Shown: piece by piece, positions 19,054 to 27,846 of the stretch
Layout: every line of letters starts with the position of its first letter
How positions within the stretch are numbered: the stretch's first letter is position 1
Source: Bacteroidota bacterium
GTDB taxonomy: Bacteria; Bacteroidota; Ignavibacteria; UBA10030; UBA8401
Direction: 5' to 3'
NCBI GenBank assembly: GCA_040751955.1
Contig: JBFMFY010000001.1
Coordinates: forward strand, 244-64,243
Length of the DNA: 64,000 nt
Translations under genes and position numbers: made by a program
Notes under the pieces: generated by a model
What the model was told of the DNA's origin: nothing
What the model saw: only the letters and a program-made list of their open reading frames with translations
Databases searched by the model: none

Positions 19054-19085
19054 CTAATCTAACTTGCAGAACAGAAGGAGATCAA

Positions 19086-19409
19086 ATGAAACCCGTAGAA
19101 GTAAACGACAGCAACTTCCAGACTGAAGTGCTTAATTCTCAAACACCTGTCCTTGTAGATTTCTGGGCAGTATGGTGCGGTCCGTGCAAAATGATCGCTC
19201 CGATCGTTGAGGAATTGGCAAAGGAATACGATGGTAAAATGAAATTCGGCAAACTTGACGTCGATTCGAACCCGCAAGTTTCCATGCAATACGGTATTCG
19301 CAGCATCCCAACGCTGCTTGTGTTCAAGGGTGGCAAAGTGGTTGACCAAATCGTCGGTGCAATGCCGAAGAAGGCATTGGTTGACAAGATTAGTCCCCAT
19401 ATGAATTGA
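19086..19409 (+). CDS. trxA: Thioredoxin
   Basis: 107 aa with the WCGPC active site. GGAG Shine-Dalgarno upstream. Confidence 0.95.
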   Translation: MKPVEVNDSNFQTEVLNSQTPVLVDFWAVWCGPCKMIAPIVEELAKEYDGKMKFGKLDVDSNPQVSMQYGIRSIPTLLVFKGGKVVDQIVGAMPKKALVDKISPHMN

Positions 19410-19422
19410 TGCTCTAAAGAAT

Positions 19423-19453
19423 AACAAACCCCGTCTCAGCGGGGTTTGTTATT
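19423..19453 (+). terminator. Rho-independent terminator after trxA
   Basis: AACAAACCCCG (19423-19433) / CGGGGTTTGTT (19440-19450), 6-nt loop, then ATT. Confidence 0.8.
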
Positions 19454-19522
19454 GCATTTCCCAATTGCTTCTCCTCCTCTTTAGTTCTACATTTGCACAC
19501 AATCGAATATTCCCTCACCAAA

Positions 19523-21457
19523 ATGTATCCGGTAAATGCCATGAACACTGAACTGCAACGAACTATCCCCCAATTACTTGAAACAAGCACGCAGAAATTT
19601 CCCAATAATGTGCTGATGTGGGAAAAGAAGACAGACGCGTACAAAGGTACAACCTATTCGGAAATCCGCCAACAGGTGCATCAATGCGCCGCGGGATTGA
19701 TGAGTCTCGGCATTGCGGCGGGAGACAGGCTCGCTCTCATTTCGGAAGGGAGGAATGATTGGGTCGTCTCTGAACTCGGTATTTTGTATGCTGGTGCAAT
19801 CAACGTTCCTATTTCCGTGAAAGTGGATGAACTTTCCGATTTGAAATTCCGCATCGCTCATTCCGGTGCTCGTATGGCGATCGTCTCCGGCGGGCATGCT
19901 CACAAGTTGCGCGCCATCGAAAAGGATCTTCCTGAACTGGAAAAGATCATCATCCTTGACGGCGAACCACGGAGTGAAGATGAGATGACATTTGCTGAAC
20001 TGATAGAACATGGGAAGGAGTTTCTTAAATCCCGAACTTCCGAATTTGAGCAGCGATGGAGATCGATCCGTGAGAACGATCCGGCAAATATCTGTTACAC
20101 ATCGGGAACAACCGCTGATCCAAAAGGAATTATACTGACGCACCGCAATTACACCGCCAATGTCGAGCAGGCATCCGGCTTGCTGCCGATACCGGAATCG
20201 TATTGTTCGCTCCTCATCCTTCCGTGGGACCATTCATTTGCCCACACGGCGGGAATCTACACGTTGATGAAGAACGGGGCAAGCATGGCATCGGTGCAAG
20301 TTGGCAAAACGCCGATGGAGACATTGAAGAACGTGCCGGTGAACATCAAAGAGACGAAACCGACATTTTTACTGAGTGTACCTGCGCTGGCGAAGAATTT
20401 CAAGAAGAATATCGAGAAGGGGATTCGCGACAAAGGGGAAAAAGTTGAGAAGCTTTTCAATACCGCTGTGGAACTCGGCTATAAGATCAACGGCATCGGG
20501 TGGGACAGAGGAAAGAATGGAACGCTGATTGAAAAATTGAAATACAAATTGTTCGATGTGCTCATCTTTAAAAAGATCAGGCAGGGATTCGGAGGGAATC
20601 TGAAGTTCTTCATCGGCGGCGGCGCACTGCTGGATATTGAACTGCAGCGGTTTTTCTATGCGATCGGCATGCCGATGTATCAAGGTTACGGATTGACAGA
20701 AGCCGCTCCGATCATTTCAGCGAATGTTCCGAAACGGCACAAACTCGGCTCGTCGGGTTCTATCGTTCCAAATCTTGAAATAAAAATTTGCGACGAAACG
20801 GGGAACGGACTTCCGACAGGAAAGCAGGGGGAAATCGTCATTCGCGGTGAGAATGTAATGGCGGGATACTGGAAGAATGAAAAGGCAACGCGAGAAACAA
20901 TACGTGACGGTTGGCTGTACACAGGAGATCTCGGGTATCTCGACGAAGATAATTTTCTGTATGTTCTCGGACGGGTAAAAAGTCTGCTCATCGGACACGA
21001 CGGCGAAAAGTACAGTCCCGAAGGGATCGAAGAAGCTCTGGTTGGCAATTCGCCGTACATCGATCAGGTAATGCTTTACAACAATCAGTCGCAATACACA
21101 GTCGGATTGATCGTGCCGAACAAAGAGAATCTGTTGAAGTATCTCTCTCAAAAAAATCTTTCTCATCACACGGAAGAAGGACAAACGGCTGCGCTGCGGA
21201 TGCTGGAAGGTGAAATCGCGGAATATAAGCAAGGGGGAAAATTTAGCGGAGAATTTCCCGAACGCTGGCTTCCTTCAGCCGTTGCTGTGCTCGGAGAAGG
21301 ATTCACCGAGCAGAATCATTTTCTCAACAGCACGCTGAAAATGGTGCGGGGAAAGATCACCGAATTTTATAGAGACAGGATCGATTTCCTTTTCACCGCT
21401 GAAGGTAAAGATATTTGCAATCACCAAAACAAGAACATCATCAAGAGAATGGAATAA
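19523..21457 (+). CDS. Long-chain-fatty-acid--CoA ligase / AMP-dependent synthetase
   Basis: AMP-binding motif YTSGTTADPKGIILTHRN, plus GYGLTE and YTGDLGYLDEDNFLYVLGRVK. The start is uncertain: track TTG at 19493, ATGs at 19523 and 19541. Confidence 0.85.
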   Translation: MYPVNAMNTELQRTIPQLLETSTQKFPNNVLMWEKKTDAYKGTTYSEIRQQVHQCAAGLMSLGIAAGDRLALISEGRNDWVVSELGILYAGAINVPISVKVDELSDLKFRIAHSGARMAIVSGGHAHKLRAIEKDLPELEKIIILDGEPRSEDEMTFAELIEHGKEFLKSRTSEFEQRWRSIRENDPANICYTSGTTADPKGIILTHRNYTANVEQASGLLPIPESYCSLLILPWDHSFAHTAGIYTLMKNGASMASVQVGKTPMETLKNVPVNIKETKPTFLLSVPALAKNFKKNIEKGIRDKGEKVEKLFNTAVELGYKINGIGWDRGKNGTLIEKLKYKLFDVLIFKKIRQGFGGNLKFFIGGGALLDIELQRFFYAIGMPMYQGYGLTEAAPIISANVPKRHKLGSSGSIVPNLEIKICDETGNGLPTGKQGEIVIRGENVMAGYWKNEKATRETIRDGWLYTGDLGYLDEDNFLYVLGRVKSLLIGHDGEKYSPEGIEEALVGNSPYIDQVMLYNNQSQYTVGLIVPNKENLLKYLSQKNLSHHTEEGQTAALRMLEGEIAEYKQGGKFSGEFPERWLPSAVAVLGEGFTEQNHFLNSTLKMVRGKITEFYRDRIDFLFTAEGKDICNHQNKNIIKRME

Positions 21458-21548
21458 GAACAAGTGGCAATTACCAGTTACCAATAACCATTACTAATTT
21501 CAAATCACCAAAGAATAGTGGTAGGAATAAAAGCATGCTGAGGATGAA

Positions 21549-21884
21549 ATGAAGTTGCAATCGTTGTCCGATCTCGAAAATTTATTACCTGAATCCGAGC
21601 GGAAGAAAAATACCGGGAATACTGAAGTGAAGAAAGGAGAACATGAAGGGAAAGGCAAATCTGTCCGCGTGCTCCTTGATACAAAGAACCGGAAAGGAAA
21701 GAGCGTAACAGTAGTGGTAGGACTGCAACATAATCCGCAGACAATTGAAGAGATCGCAAAAATGTTAAAGCAGCATTGCGGAGCGGGAGGAACTGTAAAG
21801 GGCGGGAATATAGAAATTCAGGGAGACCAACGACAGAGGATAACGGAAAAACTTCAACAGATGAATTACACTGTAAAGCAATGA
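21549..21884 (+). CDS. yciH: SUI1/YciH-family translation initiation factor
   Basis: 111 aa. KGKSVTVVVGLQ...LKQHCGAGGTVKGGNIEIQGDQRQRI is the SUI1 fold signature. Confidence 0.85.
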   Translation: MKLQSLSDLENLLPESERKKNTGNTEVKKGEHEGKGKSVRVLLDTKNRKGKSVTVVVGLQHNPQTIEEIAKMLKQHCGAGGTVKGGNIEIQGDQRQRITEKLQQMNYTVKQ

Positions 21885-22048
21885 ACAATGACCAATTACC
21901 AATAACAAGTTACAAATACCAGTTATCGGTTAGGTTTCTAATATTCAAATCCGTATGTTGTATTCGGTGCCTCCCTGAACACCATCATCAGACTGGCTAT
22001 CGTATTATATAAGATTTGGTGGATCATTTATTTATCTATGGAGGTACA

Positions 22049-22375
22049 ATGAAATTATACGTCGGCAATCTGGATCGGGAAGTCACAAAAGAAGATTTGG
22101 AAGAGGCGTTCAAACCGTTCGGCGAACTCGGCGATGTTGTGGTAATCAAAGACCGTGTGAACAATGTTTCGAAAGGATTCGGATTCGTTGAAATGCCGAA
22201 CAAGAACGAAGCGGAAGCGGCAATTGCAGCGTTGAAAGGGAAACCTCTCAAAGGGCGCAACATCGATGTGAACGAAGCGCGTCCGAAAACAGATGCACCC
22301 CGCAGAAGTTTCGGCGGAGGGGGTGGATATGGAGGGGGTGGTGGACGACGCGGCGGTGGAGGAAATCGGTATTAA
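22049..22375 (+). CDS. RRM-type RNA-binding protein with a Gly/Arg-rich tail
   Basis: Start moved to the ATG at 22049 (GGAGG upstream). RNP2 KLYVGNL, RNP1 KGFGFVEM. C-terminal GGGGGYGGGGGRRGGGGNRY. Confidence 0.9.
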   Translation: MKLYVGNLDREVTKEDLEEAFKPFGELGDVVVIKDRVNNVSKGFGFVEMPNKNEAEAAIAALKGKPLKGRNIDVNEARPKTDAPRRSFGGGGGYGGGGGRRGGGGNRY

Positions 22376-22403
22376 AAGTGCGGCGCTTAAAAGCTAGTTG
22401 GTT

Positions 22404-22433
22404 AAAAATCCCGCTATGCGGGATTTTTTTTTT
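22404..22433 (+). terminator. Rho-independent terminator
   Basis: AAAAATCCCGC / GCGGGATTTTT with a 3-nt loop, followed by a T-run. Confidence 0.85.
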
Positions 22434-22486
22434 ATCTGAAAACTTTTTTTCCAAAAACTTTCAGTGTATGCGCTAAGTCGATTCTT

Positions 22487-22549
22487 GTCATGTTGAGCGC
22501 AGCGAAACATCCAGAATTTCACTGGATTCTTCACTTCGTTCAGAATGAC
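22487..22549. repeat. REP-like nested palindromic element
   Basis: Outer imperfect arms GTCATGTTGAGCGCAGCGAA / CTTCGTTCAGAATGAC. Inner perfect hairpin ATCCAG-aatttca-CTGGAT. Confidence 0.5.
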
Positions 22550-22624
22550 TATGCTCAATAGTTAGTTTTCACACAACCTGTCTGTTTGGGAACATCTCAA
22601 GAGAAGCAAGAAGCACACCCCCTG

Positions 22625-22661
22625 CCCCTCTCTCCATCGCAAATAGCAACGCACAGAGGGG
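22625..22661. repeat. REP-like hairpin
   Basis: CCCCTCT (22625-22631) / AGAGGGG (22655-22661). Confidence 0.4.
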
Positions 22662-22688
22662 AGTAGATTTCGTTCAAAAGCTCTGCAC

Positions 22689-22751
22689 CTGTAGGGCGAA
22701 TCTCCAGATTCGACCGTGTAGTGTAAACGGAACTGGAGTTCCGTCCTACAG
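22689..22751. repeat. REP-like compound palindrome (outer stem enclosing two inner hairpins)
   Basis: Outer CTGTAGG / CCTACAG. Inner CGAATC-tcca-GATTCG and ACGGAAC-tgga-GTTCCGT. Confidence 0.5.
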
Positions 22752-22810
22752 TATCACTCGTTCCCAAATTCTGTTTATGAAGGAGAAGAAAAGATCACTA
22801 TCTTTTAAAA

Positions 22811-25303
22811 ATGAATTCTCTCCCGATTGATATCGTCCTCCCTGAACTTCTAAGTGCATTGACAAACCATCAAAACGTCATTCTTTCTGCCGATCCAGGT
22901 GCAGGAAAAACGACTCGCGTTCCAATTGCGTTGATGAACGAACCGTGGCTGAAAAACCAAAAGATCATTATGCTTGAACCGCGCCGGCTTGCGGCGATCC
23001 GATCTGCAGAATATATGGCGCAGCAGTTGAATGAAAAAGCGGGAGAGAATGTCGGATACCGCATACGAGGAGATCTGAAGGTTGGGAAAAGAACAAGAAT
23101 AGAAGTTGTGACTGAAGGAATCCTGACACGGATGCTGCAGGATGATCCTTCGTTACCCGATGTTGGAATTGTCATCTTCGATGAATTCCATGAACGAAGT
23201 ATCAACGCAGACCTTGGACTTGCATTGACACTCGATGTACAAGAACAGATCCGCAGCGACCTGCGCATCCTTGTAATGTCTGCAACTCTGGATGGCGTCG
23301 CGATATCAGCGTTGCTTGATCATGCACCTGTCATTAAAAGCGAAGGAAGGATATATCCCGTTGAGACGATCTATCTTCCGCTGCAAAAGAGAGGACAGAT
23401 CGAACCGATTGTTGTGTCAACAATTCTCAAAGCGCTGCGAGAACAGGACGGGGACATTCTTGTATTTCTTCCGGGACAACGCGAGATACGAAAAACGGAA
23501 TCATTGCTGCTGAAAAAAGAACTCTCGCCACACATCGAGATCCATTTATTGTACGGCGAAGCGAGTGCTGAAAAACAACGTGCGGTATTGCAACCTGCAG
23601 CTTCAGGAAAAAGAAAAGTGATTCTCTCCACCAACATAGCGGAGACGAGCTTGACGATTGAAGGCGTCCGTATCGTTATCGATTCCGGACTCACACGCAG
23701 TGCATCGTTCGATCCGCGGCGGGGAATGTCCGGACTTGTAACGACTGCTGTCTCTCATGCTGCTGCAGATCAGCGGCGCGGGCGTGCCGGAAGGCAGCAG
23801 CCGGGAGTTTGTTATCGGCTTTGGACGCAGGCAGAACATTCTTTGCTCAAGAGATATTCACAACCGGAAATTCTTTCTGCCGATCTCTCTTCGTTCGCAT
23901 TGGAACTGGCGCAATGGGGAGATCTCTCGGGGAGCAGACTCAAATTTCTCGACTCTCCTCCGCAAAAACATCTAAACCACGCACTGTCACTTTTGAAAGA
24001 TCTCAATGCCATTAATGAACAAGGAAAGTTAACTCGTCACGGAGCGGCGCTTACCCGATTCGGTATTCACCCCCGTTTAGCGCACATGCTGGTTCGAGGA
24101 AATGAACTTGGCGTCGGAATACTTGCTTGTGATGTTGCAGCAATATTGGAAGAGCGCGACCTGTTGCGCGGGAAATCTGATTCAGATATCGATCTGTATT
24201 CACGATACATTGAGATGAAAAGAGGGAAATCATCAGACTCATTTGCTGTGCGGAGAGTACGGGAACAGTCCGGTCGGTTAATGATGATGTTGAATCTGCA
24301 ACCGACGCCAGGATTCAGTGACGATCAAATTCAGCAGCATCTCGGAAAACTTCTCGCATTGGCATATCCGGAACGAATTGGAAAGAGGAAGGATCAAAGC
24401 GGGAAGTATCAGTTGTCGGGAAATACTGTCGGCGTACTGCCGAAAGAGAGTGCGCTGTTCAAAGAAGAATATCTTGCCGTTGGTGAAGTGGATGGAGCGG
24501 GGAGCGAAGTAAAGATATTCCTCGCCGCACCGATCATAAGAGATGACATTCTTGAATTGTTCGCTGATAAGATCGAAACAACGGAAGAGATATTCTGGGA
24601 TCAAAAACTCGAATCTGTCGTTGCACGGCGTGTTTCTCGGCTTGGGTCTATCGAACTGTCGCATCAATCATTTGAACCTTCTGCAGAAATAGTAATACCG
24701 CTCATCTGTAGTGCGATACGGGAATTGGGCTTGCAATCGCTTCAGTGGGAGAAAGAATCCGAATCTTTGCGCACACGGAGCGAGTGGCTGCGTGCGCAAA
24801 AAATTGTCGATGAAAATTGGGTTGATCTAAGTGACGAACGATTGTTGTCCACTCTCGAAGAATGGCTCGGACCGTTTCTGCGTGGGATTAAGAAAAGAAG
24901 TCAATTTTCAAAACTGGATATGGCATCTATCCTGAAAGCATTGTTCACGTACGATCAACTCAAAAAACTTGATACGCTTGCTCCGAAACATCTGACGGTA
25001 CCAACCGGCTCGCATATTCCGATTGATTATTCGAATCCCCAACCGATACTAGCAGTGCGATTGCAGGAGATGTTTGGAGAAACAGACACACCGACTGTGG
25101 CTGAAGGAAAGGTGAAAGTGTTGCTGCATCTGTTGTCACCAGCACGGCGTCCGCTTGCGGTAACGCAAGACCTTCCCAGTTTCTGGAAGAATGCATATCA
25201 GCAAGTGCGTAAAGATATGCGGGGAGAATATCCGAAGCATTATTGGCCTGAGAATCCGCTGGAAGCGGAGCCGACGAAGAGAACGAAGAAGTATATGAAA
25301 TGA
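22811..25303 (+). CDS. hrpB: ATP-dependent RNA helicase HrpB (DEAH box)
   Basis: 830 aa. GAGKTT, DEFHER, SATL, HrpB-type C-terminal domain. Confidence 0.92.
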   Translation: MNSLPIDIVLPELLSALTNHQNVILSADPGAGKTTRVPIALMNEPWLKNQKIIMLEPRRLAAIRSAEYMAQQLNEKAGENVGYRIRGDLKVGKRTRIEVVTEGILTRMLQDDPSLPDVGIVIFDEFHERSINADLGLALTLDVQEQIRSDLRILVMSATLDGVAISALLDHAPVIKSEGRIYPVETIYLPLQKRGQIEPIVVSTILKALREQDGDILVFLPGQREIRKTESLLLKKELSPHIEIHLLYGEASAEKQRAVLQPAASGKRKVILSTNIAETSLTIEGVRIVIDSGLTRSASFDPRRGMSGLVTTAVSHAAADQRRGRAGRQQPGVCYRLWTQAEHSLLKRYSQPEILSADLSSFALELAQWGDLSGSRLKFLDSPPQKHLNHALSLLKDLNAINEQGKLTRHGAALTRFGIHPRLAHMLVRGNELGVGILACDVAAILEERDLLRGKSDSDIDLYSRYIEMKRGKSSDSFAVRRVREQSGRLMMMLNLQPTPGFSDDQIQQHLGKLLALAYPERIGKRKDQSGKYQLSGNTVGVLPKESALFKEEYLAVGEVDGAGSEVKIFLAAPIIRDDILELFADKIETTEEIFWDQKLESVVARRVSRLGSIELSHQSFEPSAEIVIPLICSAIRELGLQSLQWEKESESLRTRSEWLRAQKIVDENWVDLSDERLLSTLEEWLGPFLRGIKKRSQFSKLDMASILKALFTYDQLKKLDTLAPKHLTVPTGSHIPIDYSNPQPILAVRLQEMFGETDTPTVAEGKVKVLLHLLSPARRPLAVTQDLPSFWKNAYQQVRKDMRGEYPKHYWPENPLEAEPTKRTKKYMK

Positions 25304-25304
25304 T

Positions 25305-27764
25305 TCAGAGACGCTTGAATGAATATCCGCGCCGTTTTAACTCGCTGATCAATCCATCCAATTTTTCATAGAATTTATCCTCTCGCTGTTTATCAGTGCC
25401 GATGTGGGAAAGAAGAAGGAATCCGTTCAATCCATTTCGTTCGACTGATTCATACCGCAGAATTCTGCCCGCAATTGAATCGGAGGAAATGTAATTGGGC
25501 ATGGAAGGAGTTGTGTAGTCGGCGTTCGACGATGTACCGGGGGTGAAGTTGATCAGCGTGAGTCCGTATTCGTTCGTCCAATTGGAAATGGTTCGGTTGT
25601 ACCATTCAAACGGAGGGAGAAAGTATTTTGCTTCCGAAGAGGAGATACCGAACTTTGCCATTTCTATATAATTCTTTCTTAGGTCGATGATAAATGAATC
25701 CTTGGTCACCAGCAACGAGTCACGCTCTTTCCACGAACAATACGACAGATGTTTATCGGAATGTGCGCCGAGATAGTGTCCTTCGTTTTTCAATTTGCGG
25801 ATCAATGAAGAAAACTTCTTGTTCCGATAGAAGTCACCAGTGAAAAAGAATGATGCTTTCACGTTCTGCTTTTTTAATGTAGCCAGGATCGATGCGGCAC
25901 CGTCGGCAAATTCATGTCCGGTAACAATGAGATAGACCTCTTTTTTTGTCGAATCCATCCGGACGATTCCACCGTGGCTTTTGCTCATGTGTTGGCGTGA
26001 GTGCAATGAGTTTTGTTCTAATGAAGATAGATACATCGTCAATTCTGCCGTGCCATCCATTGTCGGTTCATTGTTCGTGTAATCACCCCAATCGTCATGG
26101 TACACTGCAAGGTTTGATTGAAATGCTGCATACGGATCCGGTTTGGTCAGCCGGATGTACCGTCTGTGCTGGTCAAATATGGTTTCGCGCACAGGTCCGT
26201 CAACCAATCCACCGTCGATCGGATAATTGTACACATGTGTAAATGCAGAATGGGGATCGTCCGGTGTATCACCCCATCGCGGCAGCCCAACGATCATACT
26301 TGTTCCCCAAATATTGCATCCGAAGAGCCAGTCCCGCAGTGATGCTTCCATACGGTCATAGGAAGAATCAGCGGTCAGTTTTTTATAAAGATGAATCTGC
26401 GTAAGCAATGCGCTTACAAGATTGTTAGAACACCAGATAAACGGGACACCGAAGAGGAATGGGTTAGATGCCCCGCGTTGATACACATTCTCAATTCCTT
26501 TTTTAATCAGCGGAATAAATCTGTCCGAGGTCTCTTTGATTGAGGCAAGATGGTAGTGACCGAGATTCACGAAAGGGTACCATTGATAATGCCGTGCCGT
26601 GTCGGCACCGAGCCACGGTGTTGTCTCTTCCAATGAACCGTATTTGACTGCTTCTGTGAGATACCTTTCATCACCTGTTGAGAGATACAATTGAATTGCA
26701 GCTAATTCCATGTCATCTGTCCAATTATCCTCTTCGTAAAAATAAGGAGCACTGCACGGCGCAGTTTGACATACACCGGGATACTGAATTCCAAAATCGT
26801 ACGCATCGATTGCTTTTTGGAGCAAGTTGTCGGCAAACGCAGGATAGTACCGTTTCATTGTCAACGCACCAAGAGCGAATGACGAAGCAAATTTTCCGGC
26901 TGTCGATGCGACGCCGGTTGTGCGGTTCTTATGCTGAAAAATTCCTTGCGGCTGACCGGTGATAAAATAGACCGGGCGTTCTTTTCCTTTTCCGTAATAC
27001 ACCGTGTCTTCGGACGGAAGACGAAATCCGCGATGATCGCGGTCGTCCGCAATTTGATTGAACATGAAATTCTTTCCCGGATTCATTTTGACAAGCCACT
27101 CAAGTCCCCACTTTGCTTCGTCAAGAATATCGGGAATACCGTTCGAGCCGGGACGTCCGTTCGCACCATATGAATCGTCGAATGCATCAGGATTCTGTTG
27201 ATATGCAAACATCATCTGGTATGTTGCGGTAGCGGAAGTGGTGACGTATTGCAAATAGTCGGACGCGTCGTGCCATCCCCCGGATACATCTATATGCGTT
27301 GAGTCCAGCGTTGGATGATAAATAATAAAACCATCATGTGTGTGACACGAATCGTCAAGGTATGGATTATATCCGCTCCGCTGCTGCCGCATGTAGTTCA
27401 AAAGAAAATCAGCCGAAGCAGCATACACGTCGTCATCGATTCTAAAAATGGGAGATCGCACCGAATCCACTTGAATGTAAAACACCCCCCGTTGTCTCAA
27501 TGAAGTGAAATCCAGCCGGAATGTTGAGGCGAAAGCAGCATAAGATCCAAAGCGTTGTACATGCAAGAATGAGTCAACGGGATGTTCTGTTAATGCGTCG
27601 TACACGGTGAACGAGCGGAGGACAGGAAGGTTCGGTATTGTGCTGACAAGTACAGCTGCCTTGGTAGATTGCAGCGTATATCCGAGTTGATTGATCCGAA
27701 TCCAAGTTTGTGGGGTGCATATCTGCAGTCCTGCAAACAGGAACGAGAATAAGATCTTTTTCAT
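25305..27764 (-). CDS. Secreted glycoside hydrolase family 9 (N-terminal Ig-like domain plus catalytic domain) fused to a C-terminal polysaccharide-deacetylase-like domain
   Basis: Start moved to MKKILFSFLFAGLQ (ATG at 27764). GH9 motifs GGWHDASDYLQY and HDDWGDYTNNEPTMDGTA. The C-terminal ~230 aa (VYLIVTGHEFADG..FFFTGDFY..GHYLGAHSDKHL) looks like a deacetylase. Confidence 0.8.
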   Translation of the reverse strand: MKKILFSFLFAGLQICTPQTWIRINQLGYTLQSTKAAVLVSTIPNLPVLRSFTVYDALTEHPVDSFLHVQRFGSYAAFASTFRLDFTSLRQRGVFYIQVDSVRSPIFRIDDDVYAASADFLLNYMRQQRSGYNPYLDDSCHTHDGFIIYHPTLDSTHIDVSGGWHDASDYLQYVTTSATATYQMMFAYQQNPDAFDDSYGANGRPGSNGIPDILDEAKWGLEWLVKMNPGKNFMFNQIADDRDHRGFRLPSEDTVYYGKGKERPVYFITGQPQGIFQHKNRTTGVASTAGKFASSFALGALTMKRYYPAFADNLLQKAIDAYDFGIQYPGVCQTAPCSAPYFYEEDNWTDDMELAAIQLYLSTGDERYLTEAVKYGSLEETTPWLGADTARHYQWYPFVNLGHYHLASIKETSDRFIPLIKKGIENVYQRGASNPFLFGVPFIWCSNNLVSALLTQIHLYKKLTADSSYDRMEASLRDWLFGCNIWGTSMIVGLPRWGDTPDDPHSAFTHVYNYPIDGGLVDGPVRETIFDQHRRYIRLTKPDPYAAFQSNLAVYHDDWGDYTNNEPTMDGTAELTMYLSSLEQNSLHSRQHMSKSHGGIVRMDSTKKEVYLIVTGHEFADGAASILATLKKQNVKASFFFTGDFYRNKKFSSLIRKLKNEGHYLGAHSDKHLSYCSWKERDSLLVTKDSFIIDLRKNYIEMAKFGISSSEAKYFLPPFEWYNRTISNWTNEYGLTLINFTPGTSSNADYTTPSMPNYISSDSIAGRILRYESVERNGLNGFLLLSHIGTDKQREDKFYEKLDGLISELKRRGYSFKRL

Positions 27765-27846
27765 ATTGCTTGACCGGAAAAAATTGTGGAACTTGAAGCC
27801 GTCGCTCGCAACATCTGCAATCAATTCTTAAAAAGCAAAGCACGAA

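Noticed and set aside
19574-21232. Reverse-strand ORFs of 219, 171, 124 and 104 aa
   Set aside because: They are antisense to the acyl-CoA ligase gene, which has an intact AMP-binding motif set.
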